NCBI RefSeq assembly: GCF_900167395.1
Contig: NZ_FUWK01000013.1
Location: forward strand, 20,798-52,797
DNA length: 32,000 nt
From: Nitrosomonas europaea
GTDB lineage: Bacteria > Pseudomonadota > Gammaproteobacteria > Burkholderiales > Nitrosomonadaceae
Reading direction: 5' to 3'
Position 1 is the first letter of the stretch. Each line of letters starts with the position of its first letter. The position numbers and the translations under genes are program-made. Shown in pieces: positions 9,070 to 18,372 of this stretch. The notes under the pieces are model-generated. The model was not told the origin of the DNA. It was given only the letters and a program-made list of their open reading frames with translations, and did no database searches.

Positions 9070-9630
9070 TTAAAACCACCTGCTTGCTGCAATGATCAGC
9101 CAGTAATAAAGGAAAAAGCGGGGAATCCGGAATACCAGTACAGCGGCCAGAACGGTCGTTCCGCGCAGTGCCATCATGCCCGCTGCCCAGCAGGTCACTG
9201 AAAATGGGAACGGTGTGATCGACCCGATCGCGATCGCCCAGAATCCGTAACGGTGAATGAATTCCCGCTGATTCTCCTCAAGCTCCCCGAGTATGCGTTT
9301 TATGAACCCGAAATGCCCCAGCCAGCGGCCGATTCCCCAGCCGAGCATACCTGCTACACAGGAAACCACCCCGAGTATCGATACATACATGAACCAGTGT
9401 TCAGACAGTGAACTTTTGGCAATGACCAGTAGCAGAACATCCGGCGGAAAGGGTGTGATCAACGTATCCGTTACCAGCAGAATCAGGCAAAGGCCAAGAA
9501 AACCGATTTGATCGACGATCCAGTTCGTTCCTGCTTCCAGCTCCTCTTCGAACAGATAGCCTATTGCAGCCATGGTGAGAACAAATATTGCCAATGCTAT
9601 GAGGGTTTTAATCAGGTTTTCACTGATCAT
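9070..9630 (-). CDS. YqaA/DedA-like (VTT-domain) inner-membrane protein
   Basis: Multi-pass membrane protein with a ...TDTLITPFPPDVLLLV... motif typical of the YqaA/DedA (SNARE-associated/VTT) family. The ORF track starts at 9669. ATG 9630 (MISENL) is preferred because AGGAGA lies 9 nt upstream. Confidence 0.65.
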   Translation of the reverse strand: MISENLIKTLIALAIFVLTMAAIGYLFEEELEAGTNWIVDQIGFLGLCLILLVTDTLITPFPPDVLLLVIAKSSLSEHWFMYVSILGVVSCVAGMLGWGIGRWLGHFGFIKRILGELEENQREFIHRYGFWAIAIGSITPFPFSVTCWAAGMMALRGTTVLAAVLVFRIPRFFLYYWLIIAASRWF

Positions 9631-9857
9631 CGATTCATGTCTCCTGTGCCGGAAATAATATTGACGCAATATACAAAAATGCAGGCAGCTCTGGTGTTCT
9701 GATTTTTCCCATAATCGGCATGGATCAATGGGTGGAGCTGTTCATGATACGGCCATGATCGTTGCGTCAGTACCTGATTTTTGGATTACCTGGCCGGACC
9801 AGCGGCAGGTTTGACTAACCTCCCGGCTTTACGTATATTTTTTCGAGTAATGAAGAT

Positions 9858-9983
9858 TCACCCACCGAGCAAGTTAGCAATGCGCCAGCCGGCGACCAGC
9901 AAGCCAGCTCTCTTTTTCAGGAGAAAAACAGCATGGCGAGTTTGCCCTCGTTCTTTGTATTCCTTTATGTTTACTTTTGTCAT
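9858..9983 (-). CDS. Candidate 41-aa small ORF
   Basis: GGAGG sits 4 nt upstream of the ATG. The product is MTKVNIKEYKERGQTRHAVFLLKKRAGLLVAGWRIANLLGG. I recognise no homology. It lies upstream of the YqaA-like gene on the same strand. Confidence 0.2.
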   Translation of the reverse strand: MTKVNIKEYKERGQTRHAVFLLKKRAGLLVAGWRIANLLGG

Positions 9984-10090
9984 ATCGCCTCCAATCGCTG
10001 CTGTTACAGTCTGGTTGCAGGAAAGGGCTGCGTATCGTTTCCCGGCATCGCGCCATTCGGGTGTGCTGATGCTTCCAGGAGATTGCTGAC

Positions 10091-11086
10091 ATGAGAACAA
10101 TGATACAAATACTCGTCGCTGTGCTCATGGCTCTTACAGTCCTGTCAGTGCATGCCGAACGAAGACCCCATCTCGTGCTGGCCGGACCATTGGCGGCCGT
10201 ATCATTTCCACTGATCCACATGGTCGAGTCAGGCACCCTGGCTGATCTGGCCGAGACAGTCGAATTCGTCTCCTGGCGGGATCCCGATCAACTGCGTGTA
10301 CTTGCACTCAAGAACAAGGCTGATGTACTTGCCATGCCGACCAACGTCGCGGCAAACCTGTACAACCGCGGTACTGACCTTGAGCTGATCAACGTATCGA
10401 CCTGGGGAATTCTGTGGCTGGTCTCGCGCCGTGACAAACTGGAAACACTGGCTGATCTGAAGGGTGAGGAAATTGCAATTCCGTTTCGCGCCGACATGCC
10501 TGATCTGCTGTTCGGACTGATCAGCGAAGCTCAGGGGCTGGATCCGCGCCACGACTTCAAACTGCGCTATGTAGCAACACCGATGGATGCGATGCAGTTA
10601 CTGATTGCGCGCCGCATCGATCACGCTCTGCTTGCCGAACCAGCTGTATCGATGGCGCTGCGCCGCACACAATCATTTCCGATCAGTGTCATTGCACCTG
10701 AACTGCATCGTTCGATCGATCTGCAGGCTGAATGGGGACGTGTACTGGAACGTGCACCGCGTATCCCGCAGGCCGGTATCGTCGCCATGGGCACGATACG
10801 TCATGATCCAGACCTGATCGCACGTATCCACGATGCCTACCGCAACTCACTCGCATGGTGTCAGGCAAATGCCCTCGAATGCGGACGGCTCGTCGCTACC
10901 TATACCGATATGCTCAGCGCTGAAGCAGTCAGTGATGCAATCGCTGTCAGTCCGCTGGAAGCCGTACCCGCTGCAGCCGCACGTAACGAACTGGAATTTC
11001 TTTTCACAACATTGATGCACCGTAATCCCGCCGTAATCGGGGGACGCATGCCCGATGATGATTTTTACGGGCACGGTTCGCCGTGA
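10091..11086 (+). CDS. ABC transporter periplasmic substrate-binding protein (NitT/TauT, NMT1-like family)
   Basis: 331 aa with signal peptide MRTMIQILVAVLMALTVLSVHA. It resembles sulfonate/nitrate/taurine-type binding proteins. Its stop overlaps the permease start (GTGA). Confidence 0.8.
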   Translation: MRTMIQILVAVLMALTVLSVHAERRPHLVLAGPLAAVSFPLIHMVESGTLADLAETVEFVSWRDPDQLRVLALKNKADVLAMPTNVAANLYNRGTDLELINVSTWGILWLVSRRDKLETLADLKGEEIAIPFRADMPDLLFGLISEAQGLDPRHDFKLRYVATPMDAMQLLIARRIDHALLAEPAVSMALRRTQSFPISVIAPELHRSIDLQAEWGRVLERAPRIPQAGIVAMGTIRHDPDLIARIHDAYRNSLAWCQANALECGRLVATYTDMLSAEAVSDAIAVSPLEAVPAAAARNELEFLFTTLMHRNPAVIGGRMPDDDFYGHGSP

Positions 11087-11871
11087 TTCTGCTGCGCAGC
11101 GGGTTGAAATCGTTCCTGATCTATTTGTGGAGCGGCTGGGGGGCAATCGCGAGCCTGATGCTGTTTCTCGCCGTCTGGGAATGGGCCGGTCTGTATTACG
11201 GTGAACTGATCCTGCCCAATCCCCGGATCACCTTCCAGACACTGGCCGGATTGATCGCTGAGGGTAGCGCATGGCAGGAGCTCACGATTACTGCGCGTCG
11301 TGCACTGATCGGATTCGGCGCGGCACTGGCGGTGGGCAGTACACTCGGGCTTGTGGCCGGACTATCGATGACTGCTTTGATGATGTCGCGGCCGATCGTC
11401 ACCGTATTGATCGGCACGCCACCGATTGCGTGGCTGGTACTTGCGCTGCTGTGGTTTGGCAACGGCGATGGTACTCCGATATTTACCGTATTCGTCGCAT
11501 GTATGCCGATTGTATTCGTCGGTGCAATGCTGGGGGCACGCACACTCGACGGACAACTCGGGGATGTCGCTACAGCTTACCGTCTGCCGCCATTGATGCG
11601 CTTCACCGATATCGTGCTGCCGCATGTCGTATCCTATCTGTTTCCCGCCTGGATCACAGCATTGGGCATCTCGTGGAAAGTGGTCGTGATGGCTGAGTTG
11701 CTTGCATCCAGCGACGGTGTCGGCGCCGCCCTTGCTGTCAGCCGCTCACACCTCGATACTGCTGCGACGCTGGCATGGATCACTGCCGTAGTAGGGCTGC
11801 TGCTTGCTGTCGAATATCTTCTGCTTGAACCGATCAAACGGGAAATCGAACGCTGGAGGGTAGCTGTGTGA
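11083..11871 (+). CDS. ABC transporter permease (NitT/TauT family)
   Basis: 262-aa multi-pass membrane protein with a BPD-type permease layout. GTGA overlaps occur at both ends. Confidence 0.85.
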   Translation: MILLRSGLKSFLIYLWSGWGAIASLMLFLAVWEWAGLYYGELILPNPRITFQTLAGLIAEGSAWQELTITARRALIGFGAALAVGSTLGLVAGLSMTALMMSRPIVTVLIGTPPIAWLVLALLWFGNGDGTPIFTVFVACMPIVFVGAMLGARTLDGQLGDVATAYRLPPLMRFTDIVLPHVVSYLFPAWITALGISWKVVVMAELLASSDGVGAALAVSRSHLDTAATLAWITAVVGLLLAVEYLLLEPIKREIERWRVAV

Positions 11872-12662
11872 CGACTGCAGTACACGCGCCGGCACACCTG
11901 GAAGTACGCGGGCTTGGACATAAGTTCGCACTCCAGACCATCCTCGAAGCTATCGATCTCGATGTCACCAGTGGCGAAGTAGTGGCACTGGTCGGTCCAT
12001 CAGGTTGCGGCAAAACCACGCTGCTGCATCTTTGTGCCGGCCTCATGCCGGTACGTACCGGCCAGATTATCAGCAGTTTTAACAATCCGGCATGCATGTT
12101 TCAGCAACCGCGCCTGCTGCCATGGAAAAGCACGCTCGATAACATTGCGCTGGGTCTCAAGGCAGCTGGTACTGGGCGTGACGAGCGCACCCGTCGTGCA
12201 CGAATGCTCGGTTTGCAGACTGGTCTCGCCCACGAGGATCTTGGCAAGTTTCCCCATCAGTTGTCCGGCGGCATGCAAAGCCGCGTCGCACTCGCACGGG
12301 CGCTGGCAATCATGCCCGATTTGCTGTTGCTCGATGAACCGTTCTCCGCGCTTGATATCGGCCTCAAGGCCGAGTTGTATGCACTGTTGCTGCATCACTT
12401 GAATACTTGCAGCCTGGGCGTACTGATGATTACGCATGACCTCATGGAAGCCATCCGCCTGTCTGACACGATTCTGGTCATGGCGCCGTCTCCAGGTCGT
12501 ATCGTTCACCGCTTCAGAATCGATCTTCCGGCCATGCAACGGGATGATGCCTTCGTCTACAAAATGACAGCTGAACTGCTGCAGGATAGCGCGGTACGGA
12601 CGAGCTTCAGACTGGCTCCGATAAAATCCGAGTTGCTGACCAGGCAGGAGCTGCCATGCTGA
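11868..12662 (+). CDS. ABC transporter ATP-binding protein
   Basis: Walker A is GPSGCGKTT, the ABC signature is LSGGMQSRVALARAL and Walker B is LLLLDEPFSALD. Confidence 0.92.
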   Translation: MTTAVHAPAHLEVRGLGHKFALQTILEAIDLDVTSGEVVALVGPSGCGKTTLLHLCAGLMPVRTGQIISSFNNPACMFQQPRLLPWKSTLDNIALGLKAAGTGRDERTRRARMLGLQTGLAHEDLGKFPHQLSGGMQSRVALARALAIMPDLLLLDEPFSALDIGLKAELYALLLHHLNTCSLGVLMITHDLMEAIRLSDTILVMAPSPGRIVHRFRIDLPAMQRDDAFVYKMTAELLQDSAVRTSFRLAPIKSELLTRQELPC

Positions 12663-13876
12663 AATTCATCCATTCGGGTCCGTTTGCCGCACTGTTCGAA
12701 TGCGGCTTCCGGCCGTTCTTCCTGCTGACTGCAGCTACCGCTGTGATCGCTGTCGCGGCATGGGTCGGGTTTCTCACTCTCGGCATGCCGCTGCCTTTGA
12801 CACCGAATGGCCCTGTCGTCTGGCATGCCCATGAAATGCTGACCGGCTTTGCAATGGCATCGGTCGCTGGCTTTGTACTTACAGCGATTCCTGAATTCAC
12901 TTCGACCCGCATGATCGAGCGCCATCATGTATTCATACTGCTCATTTTATGGATCACGGGACGTGTCGCGTTCGCCATTCCGATCGTCCCGGCCGGGACG
13001 ATTGTCGCAATGATCGCCGACCTCGGGCTGCTGGGAATGCTGGCTGCCATCATCGCACCACGCCTGTGGCGTGACGCGAATCGCCGCCATCTATCCTTTT
13101 TATGGATACTGCTTGCGGTGATCGTGGCAACAGGCGGATTCTATTTCGATACGCTGACCGGTACTTACCCGATGCGCTGGCTGCTCGTGATAACAGGGCT
13201 GATGATGGCGCTCATCGTCATTGCAATGAGCCGTATCTCGATGCGTATCGTCAACACTGCACTGAGCCAGGTCGGCGAAACTGGTACTGCTTATCTTGCC
13301 CGGCCGCCACGGCGCAACCTGGCGATCTTCTGTATTTTGCTCTATACACTGGCCGAATTTGTCGCACTGCAGCACCCGGTATCGGGCTGGATTGCACTGG
13401 CAGCGGCGGCGGCCCTGTTCAACCTGACCAATGACTGGCACATCGGCCGCGCCTTGCTGCAGCGCTGGGCCTTCATGCTCTACCTGGTCTACTGGTTCAT
13501 GGCGCTGGGGTATGCGGTGATCGGTGCGGCGATTCTCATGGAGACTGCCTGGGTCAGTGCCGGTCGTCACCTGCTGCTGGTCGGTGCGCTGGGACTGGCC
13601 GTGTTTGCCGTGATGAACATTGCCGGACGTATTCATGCTGGCATCGAGCCCGACAAACGGCTATGGGTTCCCATCGCTGCTACGCTGATTGCCGGCGCAG
13701 CTGTACTGCGTGCAATGATGAATTTCGACCAGATCGAAGCCAGTCTCGCAATCGTGGCTGCAAGCGCATGCTGGATCACAGCCTTCAGCCTGCACCTCAT
13801 CTTCCATTGGAGAATACTGATCCGCCCGCGTACCGATGGCCAGCCCGGCTGTGAGGGGATCGCAAGTGATGCCTGA
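12656..13876 (+). CDS. nnrS: NnrS-family membrane protein (haem/copper protein linked to NO stress)
   Basis: 406 aa with about 12 TM helices. The N-terminal FRPFFLL motif and conserved His positions (WHAHEML) are typical of NnrS. Its ATG overlaps the ATPase stop (ATGCTGA). Confidence 0.8.
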   Translation: MLKFIHSGPFAALFECGFRPFFLLTAATAVIAVAAWVGFLTLGMPLPLTPNGPVVWHAHEMLTGFAMASVAGFVLTAIPEFTSTRMIERHHVFILLILWITGRVAFAIPIVPAGTIVAMIADLGLLGMLAAIIAPRLWRDANRRHLSFLWILLAVIVATGGFYFDTLTGTYPMRWLLVITGLMMALIVIAMSRISMRIVNTALSQVGETGTAYLARPPRRNLAIFCILLYTLAEFVALQHPVSGWIALAAAAALFNLTNDWHIGRALLQRWAFMLYLVYWFMALGYAVIGAAILMETAWVSAGRHLLLVGALGLAVFAVMNIAGRIHAGIEPDKRLWVPIAATLIAGAAVLRAMMNFDQIEASLAIVAASACWITAFSLHLIFHWRILIRPRTDGQPGCEGIASDA

Positions 13877-13934
13877 CTTGCGTCAGTCATCACAGATGAT
13901 TCACCTCGTTGTATCTCTTGAGTCAATCAAAATA

Positions 13935-14007
13935 ATGCTGATCAGCATCAGAAAGAGTAATCTGGGAAACCCAGATGGAATATTTTGCGAAATCAGTTGC
14001 AACTGAT
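13935..14007. promoter_or_regulatory. Cluster of three palindromes upstream of the patatin-like gene
   Basis: atgctgatcagcat (13935-13948) is a perfect 14-bp palindrome. tctgggaaacccaga (13961-13975) has a 6-bp stem. atcagttgcaactgat (13992-14007) is a perfect 16-bp palindrome. Confidence 0.35.
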
Positions 14008-14076
14008 GGGCAAGAACCGGGTAGAGAGTACTACTTCTCCATGTTCTGATCTGTAAATGAAAATAATTGGAGGTGC

Positions 14077-15970
14077 ATGATGAATCCAAATGATACCAGT
14101 GACACCGAAACCCACGAACCGCCAGCAGATCGTTTTTGTGATCTGGTCATGAAGGGAGGGATCACGAGCGGGGTGGTCTATCCACGCGCGATCAGGCGGC
14201 TATCGGAGCATTATCGATTCAGAGGGATTGGAGGCACTTCGGCCGGTGCAATCGCAGCGGCAATTACTGCGGCGGCCGAATATCAACGCCGTGAAAACAA
14301 TGGTTCTCGCGAAGGTTTCAATCTGCTTGGCAGTCTTCCCGAGGAATTGGGAAGTGAGATAAAAAAGGGTAAATACAAGCTTCTCAGTCTGTTTCAACCG
14401 CAGCCAGCGACACGCCGGTTATTTGCGGTATTGGTCAGAACACTGAACAAAAGCAGCACAAAAAACCGGTGGTTCAGTCTATTCCAGGGGTTACTGATAG
14501 CGTATTGGCCTGCGACTGTACTTTCGATGATAGTCGGCTTTGGCAGTTGCTCAAAGCGGGGCATGGCTGGCTGCATTCTTGCTGCTGGTTATAGCACTGC
14601 TACTCAGCATAGGTTATTGGGTTTACTCGGACATTACCGGGAAAGTGGTCGCCAATGGATTCGGATTATGCAACGGGATGTCCGAGGAGAAAAATATCGA
14701 GGCCCTGACACCCTGGCTGCACAGCAAGATTCAAAAGGCAGCCGGGCGAGATGCCAAGGATAAACCGTTGACATTTGGTGACCTGTGGGATGCAAAAGGA
14801 TTTCCCCCGACGTGGCGATCGATACCGGAAGGAGTAAGAAAACGTTCTATCGATCTTCAGGTATTTTCAACCAATCTTGCTCATGGACGACCTTACGTCT
14901 TCCCTTTGGCCGAGCCGGAAACTGGAGAAAGTCGATTCAGAAGTCACGAACCCCTGTATTTTACTGAAGCAGAAATGGAGAAATACTTTCCTCCGGAAGT
15001 GGTGCAGTGGATGGTGGAGAAATCTCCTGCAAAGTCGAAAGAAGATGGAAAGGATATGCTTGAGTTGCCAGAACCAGAGCATTTTCCCGTGGTGCTGGCT
15101 ACCCGGATGAGTCTTGCTTTTCCATTCCTGATCTCAGCCATTCCCTTATATGCTGTAGATCGTGATCTCACGGATGAGCGGAAGTTTCGCCGGTGCTGGT
15201 TTTCAGATGGAGGAATCAGTTCAAATTTTCCTATCCACCTTTTTGATGGTCTGGTTCCAGTTTGGCCTACATTCGGGATTCATTTAGAACCCGCAATAAT
15301 GAGAAATCGGAAAAAGTTTTATTTACCGTCCAGGTACGATGAAGGCTATGAGGAATCCTGGAGCCTGTTTGCGGAAAAACCCGAACCTGCTGGCATATTA
15401 GGGGGATTTATCAGTGCCATTATCAATACGATGCAGAACTGGAACGACAATACCGTCAGGCTTATGCCCGGTTTCAGAGATCGTGTCGCTCGCGTCAGGC
15501 TCGAGGATGGAGAAGGCGGTATGAACCTGAATATGGAGCCCCACATCATCGAGGATCTTGCTGAGCGAGGGGAGGAGGCTGCCAATGAGCTGATCCAGCG
15601 TTTTGCATCTTCCAATGGAAATGTAGCGGTTGGCTGGGATGAGCACCGTTTTGTTCGATTCAATAATCTCCTCAAGATGATGAAAGCGCGAGTGCCAAAT
15701 CTGGTGGAAGCACTCGGTGATGACTGTAAGTATGCAACCAGAATGGAGGATTTACTGGAGAAATTGAGCTGCGCAACGGATGATAACGGCAAGCTGATTC
15801 CTCCACCTGGCTATGAAGAGCCAATGACTCAGCAGGAAAGGGAGGCATACAAAATTATAGTAGCCGCATTAAATGCATTGGCAACAGTGATGAATAATCA
15901 GAAATACAATATCCCATTCAAACCGATTCCAAAACCGGAACCGGAGCTCAGGGTCAGACCACCCCTCTAA
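14077..15970 (+). pseudogene. Patatin-like phospholipase, interrupted by a +1 frameshift near 14534-14545
   Basis: ORF 14077-14763 carries the oxyanion motif MKGGITSG and the nucleophile GGTSAG (Ser55). ORF 14540-15970 is in frame +1 relative to the first and carries the catalytic Asp motif FSDGGISSNFP. After about 14545 the first frame becomes Arg-rich nonsense, while the second frame continues with plausible TM helices. The second frame has a TAG at 14531-14533, so the shift lies within 14534-14545. A GGAGG SD precedes ATG 14077. Confidence 0.75.
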
Positions 15971-15988
15971 TACCCAATTGCATTCACT

Positions 15989-16020
15989 AAACAACCACCG
16001 ACTAAAGCCGGTGGTTGTTT
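15989..16020 (+). terminator. Stem-loop terminator after the patatin-like gene
   Basis: aaacaaccaccg / cggtggttgttt forms a perfect 12-bp stem with an 8-nt loop 19 nt after the stop. The U-rich stretch is partly inside the 3-prime arm. Confidence 0.55.
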
Positions 16021-16294
16021 CCTTCATCACGAACCAACACTGCAGTCCGTCTGCAAAATCAGAGGCTCATTCGCTCCCGACCATATTCGTCCTATATCAA
16101 AACCACGGGTAGATTCGTTTTTATCAGCCCGATAGAATAATAAGCATTCTCATTCTTGTTGATTGTCATGTTGGATAACAGCATTCATACCGATTTATGT
16201 CTGGTGTCTGACGCCACCGTGTCCACCAATATTCAAGCCCTGTTACCTCAACTCTGAGAAAACATCTCCAACTCTCGCAACTTCAGAATTAATA

Positions 16295-16320
16295 CTCAGG
16301 CGGACGGCCTGAGATTTTTA
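16295..16320 (+). terminator. Terminator-like hairpin with a T-run immediately upstream of the ECF sigma gene
   Basis: ctcaggc ggacg gcctgag is followed by attttta. It ends 6 nt before GTG 16327. Confidence 0.45.
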
Positions 16321-16326
16321 AAATCA

Positions 16327-16863
16327 GTGACAGCTATGTTGACAGTTACCGACTACTATAAGGAATTGCTGAATTTCTGCGCCCGCACCCTGAAAGATCG
16401 CGATGCTGCGGCTGATCTGGTGCAGGAGGCTTACACGCGCTTCCTGGTGGCCCAGCGTTCCGGCGCCGCCATCGCGGACCCGCGTGCGCTGCTGTTCCGT
16501 ACCACGCGCAATCTGCTGATTGACCAGCACCGCCGCGCCGAAGTCCGCATGCATCTGAGCCTGGACACACTGCTGGAAGAAGAGCAACCCCTGGCTCCCA
16601 GGCACCTGCAGCCCGAGGAGGTACTGGCATTCAGCCGGTATGCGCAGGCCCTCTACGCGGCTATTGAAAGCTTACCCCGGCGCTGCCGCGAGGCCTTCAT
16701 CCTCAATCGTTTCGATGGCCTGTCCCACCAGGAAGTAGCCGAAAAAATGGGCATCTCCCGCAACATGGTGGCTCAGCATATCATCCGTGGCGTGCTGGTC
16801 TGCAAGGCCTGCGACGACCGTTTTCACGGCCGCGTCGTACTCGCCAGCAAGCCAGCGGAGTAA
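16327..16863 (+). CDS. ECF sigma-70 factor, FecI-type
   Basis: 178 aa. Region 2 is DAAADLVQEAYTRFL and the region 4 HTH is LSHQEVAEKMGISRNMVAQHI. A FecR-like gene and an STN-domain receptor follow. The start could be GTG 16327 or ATG 16336. Confidence 0.9.
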   Translation: MTAMLTVTDYYKELLNFCARTLKDRDAAADLVQEAYTRFLVAQRSGAAIADPRALLFRTTRNLLIDQHRRAEVRMHLSLDTLLEEEQPLAPRHLQPEEVLAFSRYAQALYAAIESLPRRCREAFILNRFDGLSHQEVAEKMGISRNMVAQHIIRGVLVCKACDDRFHGRVVLASKPAE

Positions 16864-16984
16864 AGGAACCTCTGATCAAGCCCCCCATGAGCCGCATTGC
16901 AGGCAAAATCCGGATCACCGCCTTCAGATCTCAACTGATCAAACTCTCGTTCGTCTACACTAATAAGGAGCTCAAACTTTCCAC

Positions 16985-18211
16985 ATGAACCAGCCCGTTC
17001 CCAACCGCCCTGCTGCCAGGCCCGACACACCACCAGCATCTTATCCGCAAGAGGAGGCAGATGCGCGCGACTTTGCCGAGTTCATCGCGGGGCAAGACCC
17101 ACTCGACGCGGCTGCTGCCGGCTGGGTGGTACGCCGCCAGGACGGGCTCACACCCGAGGAAGAAGCCGAGCTTCAGGAATGGCTGGCCGCCGATCCGGCA
17201 CACGCCAGAGCATTGGCGCAAGTGGAAGACGTCTGGAGTCGCATGGATGAATTGCCCGACGAAGGCGTCGTGGCGCTCAAGGCCGGGCTACCGTCACATA
17301 AAGCCGGTACCGCGTTGCCGCCTTCGGTCGCGATACCTACTCCGGTGCCAGTGGCACCCGAGCCTCAGCATCATCCTCGGCCCTCATCGTCTATTCAGCC
17401 GGCCTCCCCCGGCCGTCGTTCCTGGCTGATCGGCCTGGGCCGCTTCGTGCCCCAGATCACGGCGGCAGCCGTGGCTTTCAGCGTGGTGAGCGTCGGCTGG
17501 TATGGCTGGAGCACCTGGCAGCACCAGCCCACCTTCCAGCAGTCGTTTGCCACGGCACGTGGTGAGCAGAAAAAAGTGAATCTGCCCGATGGCAGTACCC
17601 TGTGGCTGGATACCGCCACTCGGGCCGAAGTTGCCCTGTACCGCCAGCGGCGCGAGGTGCGTCTGACTGACGGACAAGCGCTCTTCGCCGTACAGTCCAA
17701 TCCCGACCAGCCCTTCGATGTGCTCACGGGTGGTACCCGTATCACCGTGGTCGGCACCCGTTTCTCGGTGCGGCGCACGCGCAGCGGGCTCGGTGCCGAG
17801 GGCAGCGTCAGCGTGGTGGTGGAAGAAGGGCGTGTGCGCGTCGCCAGCCGCTCGGCGGCGCACAAAATGGATAGCAGCTCATCTGTCGAACTCAGCGCGG
17901 GCCAGTCCATCATTGCTGATGCGGCGGGTGCGCTCGGGCCGGTGAATCGCGATGATGCCCCGGCCGCCACCTGGCGCGAAGGGCGCGTCAGTTTCAGCGG
18001 TACTCCGCTGATGCAGGCGCTGGCTGAATTCGAACGCTATGGCGACACTGGCCTCGTCATCCGTGATCCAGCGGTCGCCGCGCTAAAGGTCAATGGCAGC
18101 TTTGATCTGCGGCAGATCGGCGCCTTTGCCCGGGCTTTGCCTCGGGTCCTGCCGGTGCAGTTGAGCACGAGAGACGGACAAACGGAAATCATTGCTGCTC
18201 CCGGCGGCTGA
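16985..18211 (+). CDS. FecR-type transmembrane anti-sigma factor / signal transducer
   Basis: 408 aa. It has an N-terminal anti-sigma region, a Pro-rich linker, a single TM (WLIGLGRFVPQITAAAVAFSVVSVGWYGW) and a periplasmic FecR domain (LPDGSTLWLDTATR...LTDGQALF.V). Its genomic context is a FecI/FecR/receptor trio. Confidence 0.88.
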   Translation: MNQPVPNRPAARPDTPPASYPQEEADARDFAEFIAGQDPLDAAAAGWVVRRQDGLTPEEEAELQEWLAADPAHARALAQVEDVWSRMDELPDEGVVALKAGLPSHKAGTALPPSVAIPTPVPVAPEPQHHPRPSSSIQPASPGRRSWLIGLGRFVPQITAAAVAFSVVSVGWYGWSTWQHQPTFQQSFATARGEQKKVNLPDGSTLWLDTATRAEVALYRQRREVRLTDGQALFAVQSNPDQPFDVLTGGTRITVVGTRFSVRRTRSGLGAEGSVSVVVEEGRVRVASRSAAHKMDSSSSVELSAGQSIIADAAGALGPVNRDDAPAATWREGRVSFSGTPLMQALAEFERYGDTGLVIRDPAVAALKVNGSFDLRQIGAFARALPRVLPVQLSTRDGQTEIIAAPGG

Positions 18212-18372
18212 GGCCAGCCGCTCATCGCACCGCAACTGAGGGTTTGAGCAGCCCTGGGCGGATCTGATCACAAAAAAATTGAAGGAAGTTCAGGCGGCGA
18301 CCTCAACACATTGGCGGCTCGTGCGTCAGCACACGTAGAAACCTCATTTTTTCTACTGTGGAGATCTCATTC

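Noticed and set aside
9700-10090. A possible cobalamin or TPP riboswitch in the long leader of the ABC transporter operon (ccattcgggtg and ccaggagattgct resemble btuB-leader fragments).
   Set aside because: I could not find the core conserved elements (GGGAA/GGTG..AA.CC, CCACTG, a proper B12 box, or the TPP CTGAGA box). The resemblance is limited to short strings. An Rfam/Infernal scan would be needed.
14077-15970. Treating 14077-14763 and 14540-15970 as two independent overlapping genes.
   Set aside because: The patatin catalytic dyad is divided between them. The last 70 or so codons of the first ORF are nonsense-like. The second ORF lacks an SD and would start at TTG inside a TM helix.
16131-16160. 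A second Fur box upstream of fecI.
   Set aside because: The best hand alignment reaches only about 11 of 19 consensus positions. The region is AT-rich but not convincing without a PWM scan.
16168-16257. A 29-codon ORF (MLDNSIHTDLCLVSDATVSTNIQALLPQL) upstream of fecI.
   Set aside because: It has no SD, no recognisable features, and could easily arise by chance. It is kept only as context for the terminator observation.
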